A stretch of DNA of 63,768 nt, the filler included, from Phoronis australis (lineage: Eukaryota > Animalia > Phoronida): NCBI GenBank assembly GCA_002633005.1. It is 4 parts of 4 records of this genome, joined end to end, with 100 filler letters (N's around TTAATTAATTAA, not from the genome) between each part and the next. Parts side by side here need not be neighbours in the genome. Positions count along the whole stretch, not along the records: positions 1 to 12,050 come from NMRA01001662.1; positions 12,151 to 29,540 come from NMRA01000129.1; 2 more parts are not named here. One strand, 5' to 3'. This document shows, piece by piece, positions 1 through 12,632 of this stretch (its first letter is position 1; each line of letters opens with the position of its first letter). The notes under the pieces were generated by a model, which saw only the letters and a program-made list of their open reading frames with translations, searched no databases and was not told the DNA's origin. The position numbers and the translations under genes were made by a program.

Positions 1-3000
1 AAGTCAGGGGGCTAGAGAGAGGCCGTAAAGTCTACTCCCAGAAGATATGTCAAAGAGAATTTATAGCTTGAGGAACGAGTCGGGGGAAAAGGTATTTGCC
101 AAAGATTACTGGCTTATACCACAACAGGTCCAAAGTAATTTGTTGAGATAGGCCACTCTCAGCAAATGTGGGGAAACTGGGAGAGAGGAAGTGGAGTATG
201 CATTGAAAGACGCAATCTGCGATTGTCAAGGTTGTAGCATTGTAAAAATTCAAAGGGAGGAAACAGTACAGTGGAAATACTCTGGCTGATCTGCTAAATC
301 CAGTGGGGGCATTATTGTATCAGCACATCTGTGTAGGGAAGTAGGCTTGTGTGTTGTCGCAAGCTTTGTTCATTTGCACCAGAACTGCTTGTGTTAACAG
401 CACAAATCTAAAATTTACCTAGTCTAAGACTGAATTTTTCTCCAGGCACGGATCATTATCTTGGGCCACATGGTAATGGTACATTGTTCATTTCGTTTAG
501 CCACTGGATTTTTTGGTCTGACAGGATTTCTCAGTGTGGCCATCACATTTAGATGATTTCTGACCACTGTACTGTTCATTTTCCTTGAAGATGCATAATT
601 GATCTGAATTTATGTTTTCGCCTTTTATTCACCATTGTAGATTTTTGTTTGTAAATTGGTTTCTATTACTGAAATTTGAGACCCTGTTGCAGTTAGGCTG
701 GTTTTGTTAACTTATCTTTCTACCTGGGTTGTAAACCCATATTCTGTCCAGGAGGTAATAAGTTTTGATTTAGACCATTTACCTCTATAAACTTTGCTCA
801 GTTTGTTCCTTATCCAGATGGGAAGTGATTTCTGGAATTATAGCGAATTGACAGTTTGCTATTCCTTGAGACCATGCTGTGTATATAAAATCACACACTA
901 TTAGTCTGGTCTCTAGCAATTGCATATTGCCAGATCTTTCAAAGTTTTGAAATTGCTCAAAAGTGACCTGGAAGTAATACCTATTTCGTGATGGTAAAAT
1001 GTCTAAATCAAAAGTTGTTTTATGTGATTTTAGGCGAGTTTATGTCCACTTCAAATGATTTTTTGTTGCAGTACTGAAAAGTATTGGCACATTAGCTCTG
1101 GTGGCTCCTTGTTTTTTTGGCGAATTGACCATTTTATGGTTCCCATGGGTAATTTTGTTACTGGTCTAGTATGTATGTACAACTGTAATCGTGGGCAATT
1201 GTAATGCAAACCATGTTGCAAAAGTATTTTTTCATGACCATTTCATTGTAAAATGCTGCCTAATTGGAACCGACAAGCCAATTTTTCATTTTGTGGTGGT
1301 TAGTTTTGATAAGAACATTGATGTGGTAAATACAGCTACCTCAAGTTTGTGAAGAAGAGATTTCCAGCGATATTGCGAAATCACTTTTTCGCAGTGGGAC
1401 TACATCACCTTAAATATAATTCCCTGACTTTATGGGCTTTGTGTGGTTGACTCTGTCCTGTAGCAATTGGAGTGTTGAAAAGATCTAGAAGGCATTTTTT
1501 TATTAGAGTCATAATATTTGCACTTTTGACTGTTCAGTTATCTTTGCATTGTATTACCAAAATATATTCTGTAGTACACAAGTCTCTGGTTGGTATTTTT
1601 ATATTTTTCACAAGGAATATTTTCAACTTAGATGAGTTGTCTGTGAGGTAGGCCAGTTTCAAATAAGATAATGAATAAAATTGTCAAACATTGCTTTATT
1701 TTTTAGATGTGTGATCTTCCAATAAGTGATTACTTTTAAAAAACCTGTGCAGAATTTGATATTTACTCTTCATTTAAAGGAGAATAAATCCATAGACCTG
1801 CATTGTCTTGAAATTTTACTTAAACTACAGATTACAGGGTTGGGGATTGGAATCTTAATACAACAGACTGAACCCGTACCATGAGCAATACAACAAAATA
1901 CGCGGATATAAAAATTTGGTGTTTAGGTTCCACGGAAAGGATTCGTGTGCGCGGTAATAGCTACTAAGGTGCGTCATTGTTTGTGGATACTTTGGGATTC
2001 CTCTTCTGTGGTCATCCACGGGAAACCTGGTCGCATAGAGAACAATAGATTAGCACCTTCATTGTTATAATGAAGATATAATGACGAGCACTTATCGGCA
2101 ACGGCCTGATGTACGCAAGGTTCTATATCTATGCGACCTGTGTTGTTATATCCAATAATGACACAACAAAGGAAAACAATGATAGGACCGATGGGCGAAA
2201 AACATGCGACGAGTTGCCACAGACAGTGGCGGAGTTTGTCTTGTCATTCGAATGTTTTTAGAGAACTGCAAACCCGGTATTTCATCAGGAAAATTTCTGC
2301 GGACTTTTGTTTCAAGTCGTGGGAAAAACTGCGGTCATGCCACCAAACTTATCATTCATTTGATATTACAATGCATTGCATGAACATTTGATCAACAGAA
2401 AATCTGACTTGAATATGTGTGAAGAAATACCCATGAGGAAATTGCAAAGTAAAACAACTGTAAATCAAAATAACCTACATTTGTCGAGTTCATGTCTAAC
2501 CCTGTTCACTGTGGAGGACATAATCGGCTTTTTACAAAATGGAGCCATGTACATGTGTATGGTATTTAGGGGTACTATAGCCCAAAGTGATGAGTAGTAA
2601 AACGTTCAAAACATTCAGGAGGAACTAACTTGTTGCAAAATATCGAAACATATGAAGGACAATCGGATTTTACGGTGCTCACGCATCGATCTCAGATATA
2701 TGACAATTTCTCATTTTAGTACATTTGAGGTGCCAAAATGTATAACTAATAAACTGGCTGACAAAGTTTTTATTTTATGCAATGAAAGTAACATGTTTTG
2801 TCAACATTTTGGCTAAGTTTCATTCTCATAGCAGTGGGGGCAGATTTGGTACAGCAGTGTACTGAACACAACCTCAAAATGGCATAACGGGGGGCAGTGT
2901 AGTAAAACTACTAAATGAGGGCGGTAAATCGGAATCGTGTTTCAAGACATCTGTGTAACAATCTATAGGCACCACTAAACAATGCCAAGTGAATAATAAA

Positions 3001-3242
3001 TCAATAGCTTTCATTCAAGGAAAAATATGAACAGTTAAAACTGGACAGTTTTTATACCGTGAAAACATGGCTGCGAAACCGTAAAATGTGTTTGAACCTA
3101 TAACTTTAGAAAAACACAATATTTTGAGGAAATATTTTACCGCTGTTTATAGATCCCATAGGACTACATATGTGCCAAATTTGGTGAAAATCGGCTGACC
3201 CCCACCTTGCCGCTCATGGTTGGTGCTCTCGTGGACTAGTAC
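1..3242 (+). mobile_element. Degenerate TTAA-ended DNA transposon, copy A (left end outside window); possibly Sola3-like
   Basis: 1-~1895 is an inverted, diverged copy of ~19275-20873. The right end reads GGCTGACCCCCACCTTGCCGCT...CGTGGACTAGTAC followed by TTAA (3243-3246), nearly identical to the end at 22551-22617. GGCTGACAAAGTTTTTATT is shared ~500 bp inside both ends, suggesting long imperfect TIRs. The Sola3 label is an inference from TTAA ends, long TIRs and a C-terminal peptide motif. Confidence 0.6.
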
Positions 3243-3896
3243 TTAAAACCAATTTTAATCAAAATCTCTGATGGCAGACTGCAATCACTTCTGTTTCCAG
3301 ATCTGTCAGGGCAAACCTATTTCAAAAAGTCAAGCTGATGACATAGTCGGTAAGCAAACGTGAGCAATTGATCTGTTTATGGCAGGGAGTGACGTCATTT
3401 ACACAGAGGATTGTGGGATTACAATCAAGCCGAAAAGCACTTGCAGAAGGTAGACAGCCAGATTTTGGAGTTCACTACATGCCAAAATTTGGTAGTTTAA
3501 ATGTCACAAATTGTTTACTATATGCGCATGGAATATTCAGTGACGTCATTCAGTACACCATGTACTGCTTAAAGATGCACACTTTGACAAAGTAGCGATT
3601 ATTGATATAGCGTATTACTTTAATGAAAGGTCGTATAAAACTGAAAACAAACAATAACTTCAGTAGGTTTTTGAGATTGCATAACTAATATTTGGATCAA
3701 ACGATATAATATGGCCATGATATTGATATTGTTCAATTGTTTTGATTGCCTGTCTCTTTTCAGCTAAAAGGCATCAGTTTATGTAGACGATGTCATTTCA
3801 GAAAACATTCAAATTATTTTTGAGTTACATGTACAAATTTCGTGGATATTGACTGAGTTTTTTTCTATTACCTTAACATCATTTCAAGTAGCAAAA

Positions 3897-4033
3897 GGTC
3901 CAGGTGTTCATATAGATACGAGTTATCCGGTTACATCTATTCAATATCAACTACAGTTTACAGGTCCAGTTGTTAATTGATACATGCACGAGATAAGTGG
4001 TTACATCTATCTAGTATCAACAACAGCTTACAG
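3897..4033. repeat. Two-copy diverged tandem duplication (~65 bp)
   Basis: GGTTACATCTAT...TATCAAC.ACAG.TTACAG occurs twice in tandem. Confidence 0.6.
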
Positions 4034-5299
4034 AGCGGAATGTTGTAAATGCGTGGCACTTTCTGGATTCTGGGTTAAAAGGCTGAGCTTGCAGTGAATC
4101 AGTGATATTGAAAGCATGGTACGCATCGATTTTACGACACGCGAGAATGCCAATGCCTTTCATTTTATCAATATTCTTGTGTTTGTCTATCTGTCAATGT
4201 ACAGTGGAGTTCTATAGTATTCATTTACTTAATTTCAAGAACGCATGCGTAAGCGGTGTTTTGGCCCAACCTCTACCCCGCTATAGGGAACAGAGCATGT
4301 TGCGTGCTAGTGAAAGTCACAAGGGCCTCAATGGTCGAGGTCGAATGTTTTTACAATGCGAAGTATCTAGATACATGTAACTTCACATTCCTGAGCAGTA
4401 CTCTATAACAATGGATACTGTATACACAAAAATCTTAGGGAAAAAAATTTAAATCTGTGCACTTTGTGCTATTTACTGTACCTATGTGAGCTCTAGCTGG
4501 TTACGACATGTCCTAAATCACTGGCTCGTGTAACATTTCTGTTTTGAGTCAATTTTTGCTCAGGAGCATGTCATATATTTAAAAGGAGTTTTAAGGCAAC
4601 GGCAAGTTGTCACAATTTCAACAAACTGCGTGCAGTCTCACTCATGACTTGTCGAGATTTTGTCTAGAATCTGTCGTGAAATCTGCAATGCTAACGGTAA
4701 CATCGCAGTACGAAGTAAACAAGGTATACAATCGACAGAAATCGACACGCGAAATTTGTTCTTTAGAAGTACAAGTATCAACTACTTATAATTAATATGA
4801 TATTTATTGGAACATATAAATTTCTGTGGATCGTACGCATGATTTTGTGCTGCTTAAGTTATATGATTCCTATCAAAATCTATAAGGGTTCAATGGTAAA
4901 AAATGTATGGTGATGTGGTACAGGACTCTGGTTATGTGGTGCAGGACTATGATTATCCGATACCAGATTCATTATTTTGAATCATTCGCTTTAACGTAAA
5001 AATATGGAAACAGTTCAAGCAACTTATGCAAGAAATCAAATCTTTGGCTTTGTCCATAAACTCAAAAGCAATAGAGAATTATTTTAAAATACGTATAATG
5101 ACGTCAACAGCTAGTTGACAATCACGGTTGTAGATTGCGATAAGAAAAGGTTTTAGGTACCGCAATCCTGATGTACACAGCTCCACTTCGGGTAAAATTA
5201 GCCATAGCATGATATCCTAGCACGAAATATGTTCCACTTAAAACGCGTGATTATTTTCCTTCAAAGCAATCTATATCCGCTAATATAACTTTATTCCAG

Positions 5300-6898
5300 G
5301 TTATTGTCCCACAGGATGGAATAAATGGCAGGATAAATGCTACATACTAAAGCAATCCACGGTAAGTTCTTTGAACTGAAGCATCAAAAATACTGATTAA
5401 AGTTATTGTACATGTATGTTGTTGTGAACGAATCATGAAATATTCCCACCTAAAGAACATTAAGCACTTTTGTAGTCATCAAATTGGTTTTATCTTGATC
5501 TCTACTTAGTTTAGAAGCCATCTTCTATGTCGGGAAGTATTGATATCAGACCAACCAAATTTCAGGTCATTGTATGACCTGAGGTTTGATCAGCCACACC
5601 TTGTTCAAAATCATGGGTTCTTGTACTACTTCGAAGCAAGTTTAAAAATGACCTAAGTCAAGTGCTATTCAAGGAACATGCTGACTGAAGAAGGTTTTTG
5701 AACGGACAAACGTCAGACGTCTCAGACTTGAGTGTCTTTTTTGCAGAAACAATGGTCGTCTGCTGAATTTGACTGCAATCAAAATGGCGGTTATCTGGTT
5801 AGTGTTGATTCGTAAGAGAACCAAGAGTATGTGAACAGGTTGTTGGGTGGTAGAAGCATAAGGTGGGTTCATGAACTAGTGAACGCATATCAGACGTTAA
5901 CACAATAGATAAAGGATGTTGTTAAAATTATGACCACGGATACATGACGTCTACTTCTGAAGTCATAATAACCTGAATTCTATGTTACCATATTCATGCT
6001 TCCTCGAAATGAACACCCAACAGAATTAGACAGACAAGAGTTCGCTGAGAGCGTTCAGATTAATTTTAGATTGAGTTCCATGCTTACACTGTTGGCAATA
6101 TGGGGTTTTTCGGTTAAGTTTAAAGTTTATGTTAAACACGATTCCATTTGATGTCGCTTATTTCTTATTTTGCTTGATGTGATAATGCAGGTGAAACTGG
6201 ATGATAATACACAGTACCAGCAGTTGTTTACAGGCGACAGTAGTCCTCAAGATTCGAATGACCTGTACACAAACCCTTATGGATTACTAAATTTCATTAA
6301 GCTTGCGTTACTTTCGAAACACCTAAGGGAGTTTTGACTTATCGTTGATGATTTTATTACACTCTACTTACATGTAGAGGCATTTCAAGCAAAACTTTTA
6401 AAATTTACACGGCTTACAAAAATCATTTCTAATTGAATTTATGAAATACTTTCCAGATAGATTTTGGTTTCTTGTTGTCAGATTGCTGTCATTGCATTTT
6501 TCTAGCGTCAGTAACTTTTTTAAATTCTGAATACGTGAAAATTCTGCATTTAATTTCAGTGATTCATTTAATTTGGATTGGTCTCTCTGACAAAACGAGA
6601 GAGGGCGCCTGGAGGTTGTCTGACACGACACAGTTAAACTACACCAACTGGTATGACACAAAGAATCAGCCCAATGGGAATCAAAATAAGCCGATTTGAC
6701 ATATGCTGACCTAAAATATACTGCAAGTTAGGAACGTTTCTATTTGGGTGGATATCTCACAATTGTAATTCCTTGACAAATTTATTATTATATAGTCAAT
6801 GCCCACGTCAGGATGTGCAATCTGATTGGTGGTAACTACATGTGATGGGCAGGAAGGTTTTACATGCGCATATCAGCAAACTTGTTTGATACCAGAAG
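5300..6898 (+). pseudogene. C-type lectin domain (CTLD) exons, disrupted
   Basis: Exon 5300-5361 (AG/GT) encodes YCPTGWNKWQDKCYILKQST. Exon from 5747 encodes KQWSSAEFDCNQNGGYLVSVDS*ENQEYVNRLL with an in-frame TAA at 5813-5815. Exon from 6560 encodes IHLIWIGLSDKTREGAWRLSDTTQLNYTNWYDTKNQPNG. Segment ~6796-6898 encodes DWW/[frameshift]/TTCDGQEGFTC. CTLD motifs (CPxGW, CY, W..A...C, WIGL, NW..xPN, W...C...F.C) are in the expected order. Confidence 0.8.
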
Positions 6899-7781
6899 GT
6901 GAAATTTGCTGTTTTTCCTATACCATTTCCGAAGTTCAAAGTATATAGTGACATGTATAAAAGAATACCAGGCAAAAGACTTCGTGATAACAAGACTTTA
7001 TCTCCGACACACAGTGTTCAGTTAGTTCAATATGAGGTGTTATTGCGATCGAAAGGTATTCATCATCACAACATCAAGCAACTTAACGTGCTCGTAAAAT
7101 GTCAAAATTTTGTCTTCTAGCACTAAAATTGTGGAAAATGCTATAGTCTATGAGTTAATAAAGTGCATTGTACATTTTGTCACCTGTTGAGGATTTATGT
7201 AACAAAGCAAAGCGGTGCGTGAAGTACGGTTTCAGAATAATCGTTACGTCGAAACTCTCAATGTGGATTTGGTTGGAAGATTTTGAATAGAATTAAGATT
7301 ACAGTCGCTTATCTGAGAGGACCCAGGTATTACAGGGAAATAGTATTGCATTGTCTTAACAGGTTTCTGACGGTTTGCCTGTTATCTGACCGATAGCAGA
7401 CAAGCCAATATGAAATTGTTCAGGGGCAATATATTGTGAAAAATTTTAACGACATTTTACATGTACTTAACAGATGACAGCGGTAGCCACTTAGATGATC
7501 GTTTAGACACACAGTCCAACCTTAAGACTATTACGTCACACGTTAACTTTAGATCTTCACTTAGGCCTTTTTCGGTCTTAATTTCAATGTTGGTCTTAAG
7601 GAATTTAATGAAACGAGTCTGAGAAAATTTAGACTTAAGTTAACCAGAGATCTAAGTTAAAAAAGAAATCTGTTATGTAATGTGCTCATGGTCACTTGTT
7701 GGCGTTAGTTATGTTTGACATGAATGAACCTAGAGTGGGCATTAAGGAATTATGTATGATATCGTTCGAGAATTATGTCAG

Positions 7782-9313
7782 ACATGGACCGCCAACTCCG
7801 TATACATTCAAAGCACGAAATCTGTGATCTTACGCAAAAGCCCTTACGTCATTATTCACTGGCGACACCTGGCTAAGTTTTCTGAATCAATTTTCGGCAA
7901 GTACGTCGTCTGCTAATCCTCGTCGGCTACTGTGTGGCCGGTTGTTCGGCCACACCCACGAAATGCTAAGGAATTAGTTTCCATACCATCCGAAGACCGC
8001 ATAATCGGCTGCGGAAAGAAAAGCTTATATACTTCTTGTGCCTACGTGAATGGCAGTTGTCTCAGCAATAAGACTTTATACATTTGTTCAAGGCACTTCG
8101 AAGATGAATGTTTTTAAGAGGCTCTACTACTTAATCCTGTCCTTACAAATCCATTTTTCTTTTCTCCGTTTTGATGAAAACTATCTGGTAAACTTTTTTG
8201 ACGAAAATCGTCCGCTAAATTTCTTCCAAAGGTAGTGACTCATGAACTCCTGTCCTTACGAGGAACTTCAGTCATAGTGTAGTGAGCGAATTAACCAACT
8301 TACTCTTCGCTGGCCCTGATCAGACGGTTGGTCTCAGCAGAATGCGCACATTCGGCCAGGATTTGGATCAGCGATTTCAACAAATTCACATTCGTGTACA
8401 AATAAATAAAACGCTGGTAAAACCTTTAAGATAAATAACGATTGCATTAATACTTCAGAAATAACCAGCTGGACCAGTCAAACTCTCTCTCGCAATTCAA
8501 CAGCAGGTTACACAATATATGCCGCACTAAAGCTCTCGACTGTAGTCTATGAAAATGCAACCAACTCCTTTGAAAACATGGAACAGGAACCCCAAAGGCA
8601 TGTGAAGGTTGTTTTTATTCTTCAATGTTAAATTTGTGTAAGCGGACGAATGGTTTTTAAATTTCCGCCTTAAGTCCTAACATTTCCAAACTCAAGCCAT
8701 TGAAACGAAAGTTAATGACGAAAACAAAATTCTTCAACCAGTTTTGTAAATTCCTATGCCACATGTAAGGTACATAAAGAGCCAATCCCACTCCTAGTGT
8801 AACAAATGGGTCCCGTGCATAAAGGATACTAAGTATTGCCCTTATGAAATATTACCGTATTCGCCCTAATAAGCGGCCAGGGCGCTTGGAAAAATCCGCT
8901 TCAGGAAAGGGGCGCATATTTTAGCCCAATTTGGTTGAAACCCGGTCTCCGAAAGAGGTGAAATCATCAGCTAGAATTCATCAAATTTACGCTCTTTGAC
9001 GAATCTGTAACCTATGACAGAGTTTCTACAAAAATGCAGTGCATTGCTATCAAGCTTTGTTGTCAACTTACGACCATTTTTCAGAAAATCCCACTGAAGA
9101 AAAATTGCCGTGAATCAGGTTTCAAGCTCCTCAGCTTTTTTAACTATATATTAATAAACCATAAAAACGGTTCCAAGTGATTAGTGCATTGCCTGCGCAC
9201 GTCTATTGAATGTGTATCATGCAGCTCCTGATTTAAGCAGTGGTCTGATTTCTTAATTTTGGTCCGGTATAAATAACGCCACTGACCTGGAAATCCAGCG
9301 AAACATTTCTACC
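7782..9313 (+). mobile_element. P-element-like non-autonomous element, sibling of 44105-47974 (outermost TIR bases missing), with THAP remnant
   Basis: 7782-~8852 aligns to 44118-~45251 and ~9198-9313 aligns to ~46251-46368. THAP remnant at 7921-8117: VGYCVAGCS...LYICSRHFEDECF. Confidence 0.8.
8855..9190 (+). mobile_element. Tc1/mariner-pogo-like MITE fragment inserted in the P-like element
   Basis: TA|CCGTATTCGCCCTAATAAGCGGCCAGGGCGCTT begins exactly where homology to the 44105 copy breaks. TA plus CCGTA termini are typical of pogo-like MITEs. 8933-8992 is repeated at ~10895-10955. Right end not defined. Confidence 0.5.
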
Positions 9314-9649
9314 AAGGAGTGTAGTAGTATAGGAGAGTTCACTCCGCCATTTTGCCATGCGCCGCAATGGTTACCGATCGAAACACTGGCGCCCCAATCA
9401 GAGAATAATCAACACTTACTTAGGAGCGAAGTCCGGACAATGTAAACACTTCTAAATTCATACTTTAATGACGGTCAACGTGCTATAAAATTACTTTGTG
9501 ATTGGAAATGATTGAAATACGCAAGCTACCATCTATTTATAATCGAATAACAATGAAAATGTGTGTTTTTGTTCTCTTAAAGCTCCCTTCAAAAGCCATC
9601 ATGGTTTTGTTTTATGTTTGAGTTCTTAACAAGGCAAATTATCGATCCT

Positions 9650-10750
9650 TATAACAGTTCATACCTCCATGGACTACATAATTTGGATGATTGTTCCTGG
9701 GGGCTCAGAGGGTAATTGCCCCCAGGTGCCAACAAAGGGGTACCAGGCATAAAGTAGGTGGAGTCCAAATGGGTGTTGACCCCCTCCCAGGGGAGTTACA
9801 TGGGAACAGTGCTAAACAGGTAAAAACCAATGGAGTATGCCACATGAGTGATAAGCCCCCTCCAATCGTCACAAATTTGGTTGTTCCCCTAACCATTGAC
9901 AACATTTTGCTCCTAGCTCAGTGCTGGTTTCATCTCCGCCCAACAATTTCGCATGTGTTCCCTGCCCAATGCACCAGGATACTAGCAATGCGAACAATTG
10001 TTTCATGGACAAATAACAAGCAATTCATCACTACCACAAAATTGTAATCCATTCCGATGCACTCTCACATATAATTTTAGAACATTCCATTATTTCTTAG
10101 ACAAGGCAGTACAGAGTAAACTTCCCACTCTCCCACTATAATCACCAATAGTTACAAGTCAGTTGTTAAGCTGTAGAATAGCTCACAACTTACAAAATGT
10201 ACATGTAGTAACATTGAGTATATCATCACTCATAAAAAATTAAGAGAAACTGTACAACAATGAAAATATTCACTACCCACACAACTTCATACAAAACTCG
10301 GAATTAAAAAGACTTGGATGATAAGACCAAAATTTAATTTTATATACCCACTGTTCCTATTATCAATAACAGGAAAAAATTCAGGTAAGTTAAAGCCAGA
10401 CCACAAGATTTTATCTGTTACCTAGCAAAAACTGGGACTTAAATTAATCACAATCTCCAAAAACGTAAAAAATAGGCAACACATATACCAATATAACAAG
10501 AAAACCTGACCAACTTTCTCACTCTCTATTGATTCACTAGTAAACAACAGATCTTTTCGCCAAAGAAATGCGTCATAAATAAAGCTGAAAACTAATTTAC
10601 TCACAGAAGTGTTTCTCATCGAGAAGGAAACTGATTCGGATACCTTGGGTTTATCAAAATTTATGCCCACCATTCAGATCGATCAGTTTCATTTGGATCT
10701 CTCCAAATCACAGTCTAACCATTCAAAAATGTTTCAATCAAGATCAACCG
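9650..10750 (-). pseudogene. Degenerate intronless ORF(s) of unknown family
   Basis: Long minus-strand reading frames with scattered stops and protein-like composition, e.g. KILWSGFNLPEFFPVIDNRNSGYIKL and LYVRVHRNGLQFCGSDELLVICP*NNCSHC*...YLFSTVPM*LPWEGVNTHLDSTYFMPGTPLLAPGG. No family recognised. Confidence 0.35.
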
Positions 10751-10797
10751 CAGTAAAATATGAAAACCAGATTTTGACTAATTGCCCTTTCTACACG

Positions 10798-11135
10798 TAC
10801 AGCACACATCACGAATTTTTGGCCGACCGGTCGGAAATTGGTCGACGACCGGCCGTCGACCGGTCGTCTAGCCAGGCTCTTATTGTAACCCAAGGCGTTG
10901 ATACCCGGTCTCAGAAACGGGTGAAATCGGAAGCTAGGATTCATCAAATTTACGCTACAGCACACATCACGAATTTTTGGCCGACCGGTCGGAAATTGGT
11001 CGACGACCGGCCGTCGACCGGTCGTCTAGCCGACCAGCAGCCGACCAACAACGGTCGGCTGGGAGCCGTCTGCTTAGTCGCCTCTGTGGTCGGCACTTGG
11101 GTCGGCTAATTGGTCGCCTAGCGTAGACGACCAAT
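10798..11135. repeat. 76-bp perfect direct repeat (10798-10873, 10956-11031) in a CCGACC/GGTCG-rich palindromic MITE end
   Basis: TACAGCACACATCACGAATTTTTGGCCGACCGGTCGG...GTCGTCTAGCC is present twice, identical. It contains the palindrome CCGACCGGTCGG and the hairpin GGTCGACG...CGTCGACC. Confidence 0.85.
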
Positions 11136-12050
11136 TCGGATTAAGCGTGTCCTTGGTTGGCAATTACCATTTTATGACTTAGCGGGTGAACTTTGGACAA
11201 ACAAACATTTAACTGTTCGCTGTTCGTTTACCAGTGGCAACTCCGGTCTTGACATCGGTTAATCAAATTTTGTTCAACTATTAAATGGAAGTAAAATCGA
11301 ATCAACCTACAAATACGAAGTGCATGGCATTACACAAGCCGAAAACCTGATGTTGAATTAATGACGGCGTGGTAAAATCAAACGTTAAGTGATATAGCGG
11401 AAAATTAATTTCCAACTTTAGATATCAGACTTTTTATGCAGTGCATTATGCATAAAAACAAGCACGAAATTTGAAATTTACAGCAAAATTGCATAAAAAA
11501 TCAGAATACAACATTGGATATTTTACGACGTCAAATGTTTTCATGCCGCGGATTGCTCAACAAGCAGCACGCATTTGCGCTCATCCGTTATTGCTCTTGA
11601 TCATCACTTCATCACGCTGTATATTGTGCTTTACCACAGACAATTATTGTTTATTTCTGTATAATTTCTTAATATGTTGGTACAGCAATAGAACCCAAGT
11701 TTATTTTAGGAACAATATAAACAATGGTTTGAACATGGCGCCGATATTAAACCATGGGCGCATGAAAACGGAAGACTGTGATCGGTTTATAGTGTAATCC
11801 ATCATCCATCATCATTCTGAAATTGTTGTCACTTTCGCAGTAAAATTTTTTTCGAAGCTAGTGCCTTCCTATCTAGCCAGCTAGCTGTGAAGACTATTTT
11901 CAAAATACAGCAAGGTGCCACTGCGTATTGAGCTCAAAAAGACCTCGAAATTTCACACAGCCCGGATAGTTACATGTACGCTTGTCACCTCGTCGAAAAG
12001 CTTGTATCAACATGAGCTCAAGACCGGTGAGTTTGCATGCAAACTCTGGA

Positions 12051-12150
12051 NNNNNNNNNNNNNNNNNNNNNNNNNNNNNNNNNNNNNNNNNNNNTTAATT
12101 AATTAANNNNNNNNNNNNNNNNNNNNNNNNNNNNNNNNNNNNNNNNNNNN
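12051..12150. other. Assembly gap with artificial TTAATTAATTAA linker
   Basis: 100-nt N run with the linker at 12095-12106; same design at 29541 and 59419. Confidence 0.97.
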
Positions 12151-12565
12151 GCAGTGGCGCTGCGCACTACGACTCCGTTTTCGTCGTCTGCTCCACTGTG
12201 CAATGAAGAAAATTTACTTCATTTTTTAAAGAAAATGGAACCTGAGTGACGATGAAAAAACAGAAGCTGCTGGTAAGATGTGAATTTTAATCGAAGCCTT
12301 AGTGAATCACTCAGAAACTCACAATACTCTCTTTGTCAAACCTTAACTTAGACGATTTCCAAAGCAATCCCGTCATTATTGCCAACACGAAAAACGGATT
12401 TGGTCTTTTGGGCATTTGAAGACTATTTTAAATACGACAAATTTGTTAAGAATTCATGGCACAAAATATAAAACGTGTAACAAGCATTACGAAAAGAAGT
12501 AGGTTTCGCGCGCAAACGCTGTGGACCAAAACAAGTAGGTCTTTTAACAACAGGTTACTAGTTAA

Positions 12566-12632
12566 ATCGTGGTGGTGTAGTGGTAACACACGCGCTCTCT
12601 AAGCGCGAGGTCGTAAGTTCAAGTCTTTGGTA
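12566..12632 (+). pseudogene. tRNA-like sequence (SINE head or tRNA pseudogene)
   Basis: A box TGGTGTAGTGG, D stem GTGT/ACAC, anticodon stem CGCGC/GCGCG with 7-nt loop TCTCTAA (no U33), AGGTC variable loop and B box GTTCAAGTC. No intact acceptor stem. Confidence 0.55.

Noticed and set aside
9578-9600. Plus-strand AAAGCTCCCTTCAAAAGCCATC as a histone stem-loop
   Set aside because: The stem pairs poorly and there is no upstream plus-strand ORF.
10609-11109. 166-aa ORF in the track
   Set aside because: It runs across a junction into the GC-rich 76-bp repeats; openness is explained by repeat composition and there is no domain signature.
12095-12106. TTAATTAATTAA palindrome recurring three times in the window
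   Set aside because: Always centred in a 100-nt N run; an artificial six-frame-stop scaffold linker, not biology.
12566-12632. Functional tRNA gene
   Set aside because: No acceptor stem, weak T stem and no U33; treated as a SINE head or pseudogene.
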